In this document: piece after piece, positions 51,239 through 60,807 of the stretch
Layout of the letters: every line of letters begins with the position of its first letter
Position numbering within the stretch: the first letter of the stretch is position 1
Source: Fibrobacterales bacterium
GTDB taxonomy: Bacteria > Fibrobacterota > Fibrobacteria > Fibrobacterales > JAOPTW01
Length of the DNA stretch: 64,000 nucleotides
Assembly (NCBI GenBank): GCA_051532055.1
Contig: JAOPTX010000044.1
Span: forward strand, 34,945 to 98,944
Direction: 5' to 3'
Notes under the pieces: model-generated
Databases searched by the model: none
What the model was told of the DNA's origin: nothing
The model's input: only the letters and a program-made list of their open reading frames with translations
Made by a program: the position numbers and the translations under genes

Positions 51239-51476
51239 TATAATATTACCATTCTTTAGACCTACTTTGGTATCCTTTAAGGAGGCTTCTAAATAAGAGC
51301 TTATACTTAAGGCTGGCTTATAGGTTTCAATCACATAATAGTAAATCTTCAAATATACTTTATATGACTAGCTGAGTCTATTAGCTAAACTTTGTATTAC
51401 TCGTACTAAGCGCATTGCTCACTTGTAGAAGAGGGAGTAGGGGGGCTGGATAACCTATATAGTATGTATAGATAAT

Positions 51477-51506
51477 AAAAAAGGCTACCTCGATAGAGGC
51501 AGCCTG
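51477..51506 (-). terminator. Terminator of the octaheme cytochrome gene
   Basis: AGGCTACCTC-GATA-GAGGCAGCCT hairpin with A tract on the left. Confidence 0.7.
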
Positions 51507-51534
51507 TATGTTGTGAATTTGATAACTCGAATAA

Positions 51535-52800
51535 TTATGGATGAACTGGTGTTGTAATCAACATCGCCGCTGCTGCTGCACCTGTGGTTGGGCCAGCTCC
51601 TCCCACTCCGTGACAAGTCATACAGCTGTAATCGACTGGAATTGAAATAGCATTTGTAGTACCGTCAAGATCAGCAGCAACAAAGTTTGTATCTGATATT
51701 GATGAGAGGGAAAGAATGTGAGACCTCATATCACCAGTTTTACCACCAGGGATACCAAGGGCGGTAACTCCAGTAACATAAGTCGCTGTGGATGTTGTAG
51801 CAGATTTTACAATTTTTGGCATGTGACAACTTGTACAGTTGTGACCTGTGTATGCTGCATTCACTGTAATTGGTTTTGTTGATGTCTCGTTGTGACATAC
51901 AGAGCAATCTTTGGTAACACCTTGTCCTGATGCTTGTGCATCAAATTTTACTGATGAATGAGGGTCGTGACACGTTACACAACCATGTGCTGCTCCGCCT
52001 TTACCAACAAGAAGTTCATGAGATTGTTCATGGTGTTTGATGAGGCCACTAGAAACTTTAACCACTTTTGCTTTATCTCCACGGACGTGGCAAACTGCAC
52101 AAACGGTATTTGCTTTGTGTGTTGCACCTAGAGCTCCAAATTCAGCTACTGCCCCTTGAACATCACTTGAGTTTTGAGCGTTAATCGCTGTAAATGTTTT
52201 TGTATTGTGCCCAGGGCCTGCGACCACATTATCACCGTGACATCTTTGACAGGTTATGGCGTCATACTGCATGTTTCCTGCCATGAGTGGTGCATCGGGG
52301 TTGGTTGCAGTGGGGTCCCAGCCGGTAGCATGACAAGAGCCACAAGCATATGCTGAGTGAGCTTCTCCATCATGATATGCCGAAAATTCACCTGAAGCAA
52401 AATTGTATTGTGCATTCGCACCGTGTATTATTAAGCCACTGGTATCAATATATCGGGCCTTCCAGCCATAGCCACCAACAATATATCCGGTTGTTGCGAG
52501 GGACATTTGAGCATCGGGAACTTCAGCAAGAGAATTGGTTACTGTATTGGGGAACATTGCTGCTATATCAGTAAAAGGGAACGCTGGTATAGAATCGCCA
52601 ACAACTTTATTAAGTTTGAATGCGTGGCCAGATTCTTTCCAGTTTGCAAATTGAGTTGCATGGCAAGAAGCGCAATCACTTGCTCCTTCATGTCTATCAT
52701 AAGATGCATCTTGATCAACTATCGGAGCGGTCGCAGAATCCTCTGTACAGCCAATAAAAGCTGAGGATATAATCGCAGTCATGATGAGTAACTTTTTCAT
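51535..52800 (-). CDS. Octaheme c-type cytochrome lipoprotein
   Basis: Start MKKLLIMTAIISSAFIGC (AAGGA RBS, lipobox); CASCH, CGSCH, CQRCH, CAVCH, CVTCH, CSVCH, CTSCH, CMTCH. Confidence 0.9.
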   Translation of the reverse strand: MKKLLIMTAIISSAFIGCTEDSATAPIVDQDASYDRHEGASDCASCHATQFANWKESGHAFKLNKVVGDSIPAFPFTDIAAMFPNTVTNSLAEVPDAQMSLATTGYIVGGYGWKARYIDTSGLIIHGANAQYNFASGEFSAYHDGEAHSAYACGSCHATGWDPTATNPDAPLMAGNMQYDAITCQRCHGDNVVAGPGHNTKTFTAINAQNSSDVQGAVAEFGALGATHKANTVCAVCHVRGDKAKVVKVSSGLIKHHEQSHELLVGKGGAAHGCVTCHDPHSSVKFDAQASGQGVTKDCSVCHNETSTKPITVNAAYTGHNCTSCHMPKIVKSATTSTATYVTGVTALGIPGGKTGDMRSHILSLSSISDTNFVAADLDGTTNAISIPVDYSCMTCHGVGGAGPTTGAAAAAMLITTPVHP

Positions 52801-52850
52801 TGTGGTTCCTTTGTTTGAAATAAGTATACGTGTGTTTGGTATTATGATAA

Positions 52851-52866
52851 AGCAAAGATCATGCCT
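52851..52866 (-). promoter_or_regulatory. Sigma54 (-24/-12) promoter of the octaheme cytochrome gene
   Basis: Minus strand reads AGGCATG-ATCT-TTGCT (GG-N10-GC). Confidence 0.8.
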
Positions 52867-52915
52867 AATAATAGTCAGGATATCGTTTGAAATAAGAGGA
52901 ATGTACCCAAGAGGC

Positions 52916-52960
52916 ATTTGGTAATAACACCAGATTTGGTGTTATTACTTATATTTGGTG
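52916..52960. promoter_or_regulatory. Putative upstream activator sites
   Basis: Perfect inverted repeat GTAATAACACCA-GATT-TGGTGTTATTAC (52921-52948); ATTTGGT recurs at 52916, 52934 and 52953. Confidence 0.65.
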
Positions 52961-52999
52961 ATGTTTTTGGTTTGTTAAATCAAAAAGAGTAGTGGTAAT

Positions 53000-54364
53000 T
53001 CAATTGATGGAATGCTTGTCGAGTTTGTTTCGAAAGGTTGAATAAGGCAGCTTTAATAGCTTGGAGGCTGTTTTTTGATTGCCATCACTTTTATTGAGTG
53101 CATGAGTTAAAATATTTTTTTCAACATCCTTAATTATTGATTCAAAACTTGAATGCTCACCAAAAGTGAATAGAGGAGGGTGGTTCTCGGGTGTTTTTTC
53201 TGTATCGGATTCAAAGTATTCCCGGGGAAGGTCTTCAGGAGTGATACAAGTAGCTGCGTTAGTAAGGCAGAGTCTTTGAACAAGGTGTTCAAGCTGTCTT
53301 ACATTTCCGGGCCATGTATAATTCATGAGTTTCTGTAGTGCCGCATCCTCTATGGTTATCTCCTTACCTGATGAAAATTTATCAGCAAAATGTTTGATAA
53401 GCAAGGGTAAATCCGTTATTCGATTTTTCAATGATGGTATGTGAATGGGAAGTACATTTAAACGATAATAGAGGTCTTCTCTAAATGACCCAGCTTTAAC
53501 CAAATCAGCGAGGTTTGCTTTGGTTGCAACGATAATTCGAACATCGGATGAAAGTAACTTTTCGCCACCAACTCGTTCAAAGGTCCTTTCTTGTAAAAAC
53601 CTGAGGAGCTTAACCTGGACATCGAAGTCAAGATCATCAATTTCGTCTAAAAAGAGTGTTCCTCCCTGAGCTTGTTCAATTCTACCAATTTTCTGTTTAT
53701 GGGCTCCGGTAAATGCACCTTTTTCGTGACCGAATAGTTCGCTCTCTAGCAGAGTTTTAGTAAATACGGCGCAGGTTACTTTAATTATAGGTTTCTTTTT
53801 TCGATCACTGTGAAGGTGTATGGCCTCAGCTACCAGTTCTTTTCCAGTACCGGTTTCACCTTCTATAAGTACGGTTGCATCAGAGGGCGCAATAGTTTCA
53901 ATGTTTTTGAATAGAGAAAACATGAGTTCATGGTTTCCAATAAGGTTTTGGAATTGTGTATGAGATTGAAGAGTCCGCTTCATTTGTTTGTTGGCGATTT
54001 TCAAATCAACAAAATCTTTAATTTTATTGAGAGTATGGTTGATATCACTGATTTCAAATGGCTTGGTGATAAAATCGAAAGCACCCGCTTTGAGACATTC
54101 AACGGCTAATTCTATATTTCCAAATGCGGTAATCATGATAACTATTGCAGAGGATTCGAGTTCCTTGATTTTTTTTAAGGTATCGAGCCCATTTAATTGG
54201 GGCATGTTGTAATCGCAGAGCACGCAATCAGGTTCAAGCTCGGTATATGAGTGGAGGGCAGTGAGAGGGTTTTCAAAATCATAAATGGTATGACCTGCTT
54301 CACGGAGGTCATCGCCGATACCGATACGTATACTCGCATCATCATCTATGAGAAATATTTTCAT
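53000..54364 (-). CDS. Sigma54-dependent response regulator (NtrC family)
   Basis: Receiver domain, GETGTGKE, ELFGHEKGAFTGA, FLDEID, WPGNVRQL, Fis-type HTH. Confidence 0.95.
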   Translation of the reverse strand: MKIFLIDDDASIRIGIGDDLREAGHTIYDFENPLTALHSYTELEPDCVLCDYNMPQLNGLDTLKKIKELESSAIVIMITAFGNIELAVECLKAGAFDFITKPFEISDINHTLNKIKDFVDLKIANKQMKRTLQSHTQFQNLIGNHELMFSLFKNIETIAPSDATVLIEGETGTGKELVAEAIHLHSDRKKKPIIKVTCAVFTKTLLESELFGHEKGAFTGAHKQKIGRIEQAQGGTLFLDEIDDLDFDVQVKLLRFLQERTFERVGGEKLLSSDVRIIVATKANLADLVKAGSFREDLYYRLNVLPIHIPSLKNRITDLPLLIKHFADKFSSGKEITIEDAALQKLMNYTWPGNVRQLEHLVQRLCLTNAATCITPEDLPREYFESDTEKTPENHPPLFTFGEHSSFESIIKDVEKNILTHALNKSDGNQKTASKLLKLPYSTFRNKLDKHSIN

Positions 54365-55842
54365 GTTCGGTCCTCTGATAAAAGGGGGAGAGTTATAGTA
54401 AAAGTTGTGCCTTTCTGTGGCTCTGATATTACAGATACGCTCCCTTGGTGAGCATCTATAATATTTCTACATACAGCGAGCCCAAGTCCTGTACCTTTAC
54501 CTTGTGCTTTTGTTGTAAAGAAAGGATTAAATATTTTATGAATAATGTCTGTTGGAATTCCTGGACCGTTGTCATGTATATGAAGTAAGAGAATATTTTT
54601 TTTTCTAAAGCCAGAAATCGTAATAGATCCATTATCTGAGTTGATTGCATAAATTGCATTCAAAACAAGATTCATTATGACTTGTTTAAGTGCATTGATA
54701 TCCCAAGTACCGCAATATTGATTTTCGGGAAGATCAACGACAAGTGATATTTTTTTTTGTTCTAATTGAGAAGAAACTACTTGCTCAACTTGAGTTAAGA
54801 CATCAAAGATTGAAACTGGTTCGAATAGATAATTACGTACTTTAGAATAATCTAGCAGTCCAGCCACAGCTTTTTTTATGTGGACTATAGATTGGTCAAC
54901 AGGCTCAATATATCGCAGTGCTTTTTCTTGATGTTCACACAGTTTTTTTAAATGAGCCATACACGATTGCATACCAGTAATAGGATTATTTATCTCATGT
55001 GCGACACCAGCTGCCAGTGTTCCAATGGTGACAAGTTTGTCCGTTTGCATGAGACTTAATTGTATGCGCTTTTCTTCGTGGTGATGATTCTCTAGGTGTT
55101 CAAGAAGTTCTTGAAAGAGTAATTCAAGTTGTCCGAATTCATTGAGTTTAGTTGCGCTACGGACGGTGTTATCCTGGCCGGGAAAAGAGCGTTTTATTGC
55201 TCGAGTCATTTTTTTAAGGGGTTGAATCATTTTTTTGGCGACGACAAATGCGAGAAATACAATGATAAAAATATAAGTGATGGCAATATAGATGAGTGGC
55301 TGGATAAGGTTTGTCTGAACCGCTTCAAAATGTCGTTTCAAGGTGAACATTGTCGTTAAGAAATAGGTTCTATCCTTAATATTCATTGGCATGGTAATGA
55401 CCATCAGTGATTTATCTATAACAAAGACTGGACTCTTTTGGAAAGTATCAAAATTGATATGATTGAGGGCTGTTGGTAATTGTTGGGATGTAGCAAGGAG
55501 TACTTGTTGATGCTGGTCGTGAATAAAAATTGCTTTCAGCTGATCAAAATTTGCTGTTTGAATTTCATTCAGAAACGGTTGAATAATGGGTTGAAATTTT
55601 TCATTATGCTCAGTACTATGACGAAAAAGGTGTTGAAGAGGAATATTAATAGAAACAGTTTTCGAATAGAACTCTTTTTCTGCAACTCTCAGAACTCCTT
55701 TTTTGTGTAAGAAGTATATACCGAAACAGCTAAGGGTGACGATAATGGTGGTAATAAGAAAGACGACAAATACAAACCGAAGTTCTAGGTTGATCGATTT
55801 TGAATGTTTTGAGGGTGGGGGATTTGAAGAGCGTATAGCCAT
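54361..55842 (-). CDS. Membrane sensor histidine kinase
   Basis: Two TM helices, periplasmic domain, HAMP-like linker, AHEINNP, NLVLNA, DNGPG, FFTTK, GTGLGL. Confidence 0.95.
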   Translation of the reverse strand: MAIRSSNPPPSKHSKSINLELRFVFVVFLITTIIVTLSCFGIYFLHKKGVLRVAEKEFYSKTVSINIPLQHLFRHSTEHNEKFQPIIQPFLNEIQTANFDQLKAIFIHDQHQQVLLATSQQLPTALNHINFDTFQKSPVFVIDKSLMVITMPMNIKDRTYFLTTMFTLKRHFEAVQTNLIQPLIYIAITYIFIIVFLAFVVAKKMIQPLKKMTRAIKRSFPGQDNTVRSATKLNEFGQLELLFQELLEHLENHHHEEKRIQLSLMQTDKLVTIGTLAAGVAHEINNPITGMQSCMAHLKKLCEHQEKALRYIEPVDQSIVHIKKAVAGLLDYSKVRNYLFEPVSIFDVLTQVEQVVSSQLEQKKISLVVDLPENQYCGTWDINALKQVIMNLVLNAIYAINSDNGSITISGFRKKNILLLHIHDNGPGIPTDIIHKIFNPFFTTKAQGKGTGLGLAVCRNIIDAHQGSVSVISEPQKGTTFTITLPLLSEDRT

Positions 55843-55853
55843 ACATTCCTGAA

Positions 55854-57125
55854 TTATATTTCGAGTCCAAAAAGCTCTTTGGCCCAGAGTGAGGCAGATT
55901 GAGCGCGACCATCATTACACATCTCTTTCAAGGCACTGGAGGGGGTATGGAGTATTTTGTTGGTCAATGAGTTAATCGTTTTTTTTACTAAATCATACTC
56001 TTTATCACACAAGTGGGACTCGAGTGGCTTGAGCTCATTTTGGGCAATGGTTTGAATATGAGATCTCATTGCCTTGAGTACGGGAACAATTTCTTGGGCA
56101 TTATACCATGCGTAAAATTCGGTTAATTCTTTCGCAATTATTTCTTCTACTTCAGAGATCGCACTGGAACGCTTGTCAATATTTGAATCGACAATTGAAT
56201 TAAGTGTATCGATGTCAAACAAAGTTATTTCATCAAATTGGGTAACATCAGCAGCAATATTGCGAGGTGCAGCTATATCAACACAAGTGAGTGGTGTTTT
56301 GCTATTGCGTTTTTGAATGATTTGTTTTGTTATTAATGGTTCGCACGATGAGGCACATGTTATTATAATATCAAGAGAATCGAGAGCTTCTGGGAGTAAT
56401 TCTAATGGCCAAGCAGTTCCATTATATTCCTGAGCCATCTTCTCCGCTTTTGCAAAAGTCCGATTGATAAAATGGATAGAATCAACGCCTGAGTCTAATA
56501 AATTTTTGACAGCAAGTTCACCCATTTTACCCGTACCTAAAATGCCAATACGGGCTTTTTTTAATGTGGGGCAGTGTTTACGAAGGAGCTCGACCGCTGC
56601 AAAACTAATAGATACAGCCCCCTTCCCAATTTCTGTTTCATGACGTACTCGCTTGCCCAATTTAATAGATTCTTGAAAAAGGCGATTAAGATACGATCCG
56701 GTTGTTCCTTGTTCTTTAGCAAAGTGGTAGGCGTTTTTAATTTGCCCTAGAATTTGTACTTCTCCAACTATCAGACTGTCCAGTGAACAGGTAACGCGGA
56801 AAAGGTGTTGTATGGCGTATTCATGAGCAATAAAAAAGAGTGCAGTATCAAGATCACGGTTTTTGATCCCTTTTAGGTTATACCACGTTGCACGAAGTTG
56901 TGGAAGAAACTTATGAGGTTCATCATTTACAACCATATAGAGCTCGGTTCTATTGCAGGTCGCAATGAGAATAACTTCTTCGATACCGGGAATAGCTGAG
57001 AATGTTTCGAGTGCCAAGCCTTGTTCACCTTGGGTGAATACTAGTTGGTCACGTTCATTGATTGCCGCAGATTTGTGATTTACACCGAGAATACAAGTAT
57101 GCTGTCTAGTTTGGGAATGTACCAT
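55854..57125 (-). CDS. hemA: Glutamyl-tRNA reductase
   Basis: TCNRTE, LDSLIVGEVQILGQ, GTGKMG, NRT, DIAAPRNI. Confidence 0.95.
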   Translation of the reverse strand: MVHSQTRQHTCILGVNHKSAAINERDQLVFTQGEQGLALETFSAIPGIEEVILIATCNRTELYMVVNDEPHKFLPQLRATWYNLKGIKNRDLDTALFFIAHEYAIQHLFRVTCSLDSLIVGEVQILGQIKNAYHFAKEQGTTGSYLNRLFQESIKLGKRVRHETEIGKGAVSISFAAVELLRKHCPTLKKARIGILGTGKMGELAVKNLLDSGVDSIHFINRTFAKAEKMAQEYNGTAWPLELLPEALDSLDIIITCASSCEPLITKQIIQKRNSKTPLTCVDIAAPRNIAADVTQFDEITLFDIDTLNSIVDSNIDKRSSAISEVEEIIAKELTEFYAWYNAQEIVPVLKAMRSHIQTIAQNELKPLESHLCDKEYDLVKKTINSLTNKILHTPSSALKEMCNDGRAQSASLWAKELFGLEI

Positions 57126-57321
57126 AAATATTTAAGAGACCCTTATGCGTACTGCGGTGAATAACTCTGTAAACATTATATAAAATATTTGTTTACAATT
57201 GGTCTCATTTTTAAGGCGAGTGATTTATAATTTTTCATGTGAATAATTAACAGTTGAGGGGGTGGCATTTTGTGAGATATATGTGATATACTCATACTCA
57301 TACCAATAATATGGGTTATCC

Positions 57322-58791
57322 ATGAAAAAATACACGAATAACTACTTTTCATTTACCGGAATGATTTTACTCGTGATTTTTGTTGTTATCGAAGTACCTC
57401 TTGTGCTCTGGGAATCATTTGGATCGACCGATGTATTTATAGGCCTCATCACTTATACGGTTATGCCGGTAGTACTCTTCTTTGGGGTAGGGCTCTATGT
57501 ATATGGAATGTGGTTGAATAAAGTTTCAGAAAAAAAACATGAGCCTACTAGTGCTCACATTGTACTTGACCTTTCGAATCCGAAACATTTAAAAAGCCTA
57601 TTTATTGTAATAATTGTAGTGGTATGCTTTTTTCTTGCCTCATTCATAGGCTCATATAAAGTGTATCACTATACGGAGAGTAATGAGTTTTGTGGAACTG
57701 TGTGTCATGATATAATGCATCCAGAATATACTACTTTTCAAGAATCACCTCATGCTCGGGTAAAATGTGCAGAATGTCACATTGGTGAAGGAGCGGGGTG
57801 GTATGTTCAGTCAAAATTGTCGGGAGCACGGCAAATATATCATGCAATTGTAGGAGATTACCCGAGGCCTATTGCAACTCCTATTGAAAACCTACGACCA
57901 GCAAAAGAGACTTGTGGGCAGTGTCACTGGCCTAAAAAGTTTTTTGGGGCCATAGAGCAAAAACACAATTATTTCCCTGAAGAAATGGAAAATCAAGCAT
58001 GGCGCCTAAAATTACTCATCAAAGTCGGAGGGGGTGGTGTTGGCAAAGAGGGGATTCATGCTCATATGTTTGAGGATAATGAAATTTTCTATGTCGCTGA
58101 AGATAGAAGGCGGCAGAATATTCCATGGGTAAAGGTCGTTTCTTCGACAGGAGTAACAAAAATTTACAATAGTGAAGATTCCCCGTATAAGGAGGCCGCA
58201 CCGCCAGTGGATAAAGTGAGAAAGATGGACTGTATTGATTGTCATAATCGGCCATCCCATAGATATAAGGCCCCGTATCGGGCTTTGAATGAAGGACTCA
58301 ATTTTGGCTCAATTTCGTGGGAAATACCTGAAATTAAACAGAAAACAATAGAATTGTTCGAAAAAGAATATGAAACTCAGGATAAAGCTATAGTAAGTAT
58401 TAAGAAGTCATTGGTCGAGTATTACACAGAAAACCATAGTGAGATACTTGAAAATAAAAGACAACAGTTTGATAGTGCACTTGTGACCATTGAAAAGATG
58501 TATCGAGGGTCAATATTTCCAGAAATGAAAGCACGGTGGGATGCGTATCCTGATAATATTGGACATTTGATCTCTGATGGCTGTTTCCGGTGTCATGATA
58601 ATAAGCATGTTGCTTCTAAGGGTGAGGTGATAACGAGAGACTGTAACACCTGTCATTTGATCATAGAACAGGGACTTAGTGATGCTTTAGAGACAAATAC
58701 TCAAGGGCTCCCTTTTCGTCATCCGGTAGATATCGATGAAGAATGGAAAAGTGAGAACTGCTCAGAATGTCACACAGGTGGAACTATTTAG
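57322..58791 (+). CDS. ImcH-like inner-membrane heptaheme cytochrome (NapC/NirT-related)
   Basis: Three N-terminal TM helices; CGTVCH (CX3CH), CAECH, CGQCH, CIDCH, CFRCH, CNTCH, CSECH. Confidence 0.8.
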   Translation: MKKYTNNYFSFTGMILLVIFVVIEVPLVLWESFGSTDVFIGLITYTVMPVVLFFGVGLYVYGMWLNKVSEKKHEPTSAHIVLDLSNPKHLKSLFIVIIVVVCFFLASFIGSYKVYHYTESNEFCGTVCHDIMHPEYTTFQESPHARVKCAECHIGEGAGWYVQSKLSGARQIYHAIVGDYPRPIATPIENLRPAKETCGQCHWPKKFFGAIEQKHNYFPEEMENQAWRLKLLIKVGGGGVGKEGIHAHMFEDNEIFYVAEDRRRQNIPWVKVVSSTGVTKIYNSEDSPYKEAAPPVDKVRKMDCIDCHNRPSHRYKAPYRALNEGLNFGSISWEIPEIKQKTIELFEKEYETQDKAIVSIKKSLVEYYTENHSEILENKRQQFDSALVTIEKMYRGSIFPEMKARWDAYPDNIGHLISDGCFRCHDNKHVASKGEVITRDCNTCHLIIEQGLSDALETNTQGLPFRHPVDIDEEWKSENCSECHTGGTI

Positions 58792-58840
58792 AATATATTT
58801 CATATACATAACAAAGTTGTAAAAAGGTGGGTGCTATAAA

Positions 58841-60772
58841 GTGCAGATTAAAAATATTTTTATTCAGTTGATACTTATCGTTGTTATTACTGGAGTAAAT
58901 TCTCTTGCTACCGAAGATGACTTTGATTATGAAGGGGCCTCTGCAGTCTGTGCTGAGTGCCATGATGGAAATAAAAGTGATGCTCCTGTTGCATTACAAG
59001 ATACCATTGATATGTCAATACATGAAGGAACATACTGTCTTGAGTGTCATGTTGACCTACAACATGAAGTGTATGATTCTACAGTAAGTAAAGGACATAT
59101 CCAAAAAGTACAATCTGTTCAGTGTGGAGAATGTCATGATGAAGAAGCTGAGGTGTATACCACTCATGGTATTGCCAAGCCAGGAAGTGATTCATTAGTA
59201 CCAACTTGTGCAAGTTGCCATGGGAGCCATTCAATAAAAGAGGTTGCAGATAGTAATGCATTGGTACATGAAAATAATTTAGCGAAGACTTGTGCACGGT
59301 GTCATGAAAATTTTGATGCAATGGAAAAATATGGAATTTTAAATAATACTGTTATTAGCAAGTATCAAAATAGCATTCACGGAATAACCCTTTCAAATGA
59401 TTCAATACAACCTGCCCGGTGTAAAGATTGCCATTTTACCGATGGCACTGCACATAAAATTTATTCACCGGGGAACCCGGTATCAAAAATTAATCATTTT
59501 CTCATACCGCAAACCTGTGGTAAATGTCATGAAGAAGAAGAGAAAAAATATTGGGATGGTATTCATGGTAAACTTACAGCAAGGGGCGAAACTGATGCGC
59601 CAGTCTGTACCAGTTGTCATGGTGAGCATTCTATTCTCTCTACTAAAAGTGGAAAATCATTTGTCAGTCACGAAAATCTTGCAGTGGCAACCTGTACACC
59701 CTGTCATAATTCTGCAACATTGTCAGCTAAATACGGATTAGATAACCATGGTAATGTGTCATACATTGATGATTATCATGGGCGTAAATCAAGTCTAGGG
59801 GATACTACTGCGGCAAACTGTGCATCATGTCATAATGCCCATGATATACGAACTCAAAAGGACCCACTCTCAAAAACAAATAAAGTAAATATTCTTAAAA
59901 CGTGTATTCAATGTCATGATGACATAACCCAAGAAATCGCAGAAACACCCATACACTTTGTAAATAGAGAAGGGTCGACCTCGTTTTGGGAACAACTTTT
60001 TACGGTCATCTATATTGTAATAATCCTTGCAACTATAGGGGGAATGATCTTTTATATTGTTCTAGATCTTGTACATGCAGTACGTAAATCAAAAAAAGAA
60101 AAACAAGTGAAGCGAATGAATGGTGTTGAACGCCTACAGCATATGTTTCTTGCAATTTCATTTACCGTACTGGTCGTTACCGGGTTTGCCCTGAGATATT
60201 CAGACTCATGGTGGGCCGATATTATGTTTGGTCGTAGTGGTGGTTTTTGGATTCGCCATCAAATTCATATTGTATCTGCTGTAATTATTATTGTAACATG
60301 CTTTTGGCACCTAGTGTATTTGAAAACAAAACGAGGCACGGCCTTTATTGTCAGTATTTTTCCTCGAGTAAAAGATGCAAAAGATGCATTTCAAATGGTT
60401 CTGTATAATTTAAGAATTTCAAAAAGTAAACCAGAATTTGATCGATTCACTTTTGCTGAAAAATTTGAATACTGGGCACTTGTTTGGGGAATGATTGTTA
60501 TGACCGTGACGGGGTTTGCCCTTTGGTTTGATTATGTATTAGTGCAATATATCCCCAAAGAAGCGATTAATGTTATGAGAATTATACACTATTACGAAGC
60601 ATGGTTGGCGGCACTGGCTATACTTATTTGGCATATGTATGGGACGGTATTTAACCCGCATGTATACCCAATGAATCCCTCATGGTTTACAGGGCATATG
60701 CTTAAAAAACAGTATGAACATGAGCATAGCGCTGATAAAGACTTTGAAGAGGTTGAAGAGAATGAAAAATAG
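58841..60772 (+). CDS. CbcL-like protein: 11-heme c-type domain fused to an FdnI/HydC-type cytochrome b
   Basis: Signal peptide; 11 CxxCH; C-terminal TM helices with ERLQH, HIVSA, WHLVY, EKFEYWA, IHYYEA, IWHMY. Confidence 0.85.
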   Translation: MQIKNIFIQLILIVVITGVNSLATEDDFDYEGASAVCAECHDGNKSDAPVALQDTIDMSIHEGTYCLECHVDLQHEVYDSTVSKGHIQKVQSVQCGECHDEEAEVYTTHGIAKPGSDSLVPTCASCHGSHSIKEVADSNALVHENNLAKTCARCHENFDAMEKYGILNNTVISKYQNSIHGITLSNDSIQPARCKDCHFTDGTAHKIYSPGNPVSKINHFLIPQTCGKCHEEEEKKYWDGIHGKLTARGETDAPVCTSCHGEHSILSTKSGKSFVSHENLAVATCTPCHNSATLSAKYGLDNHGNVSYIDDYHGRKSSLGDTTAANCASCHNAHDIRTQKDPLSKTNKVNILKTCIQCHDDITQEIAETPIHFVNREGSTSFWEQLFTVIYIVIILATIGGMIFYIVLDLVHAVRKSKKEKQVKRMNGVERLQHMFLAISFTVLVVTGFALRYSDSWWADIMFGRSGGFWIRHQIHIVSAVIIIVTCFWHLVYLKTKRGTAFIVSIFPRVKDAKDAFQMVLYNLRISKSKPEFDRFTFAEKFEYWALVWGMIVMTVTGFALWFDYVLVQYIPKEAINVMRIIHYYEAWLAALAILIWHMYGTVFNPHVYPMNPSWFTGHMLKKQYEHEHSADKDFEEVEENEK

Positions 60773-60807
60773 AACCACAAGAATACACTCTCGTGTAAAA
60801 GGGGCAT

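Noticed and set aside
49428..52800. Calling the lipoprotein cytochromes NrfA, HAO, OmcS or OmcZ
   Set aside because: No CxxCK motif and no family-level similarity I can verify by eye; both carry lipoboxes.
52801..52917. N-terminal extension of the octaheme ORF in the track
   Set aside because: RBS, signal peptide and sigma54 promoter all point to the ATG at 52800.
57236..57300. Possible Rex, CRP/FNR or sigma54 sites upstream of the imcH-like gene
   Set aside because: Half-site spacing is wrong for Rex and CRP, and the TGGCA there lacks GC at the -12 position.
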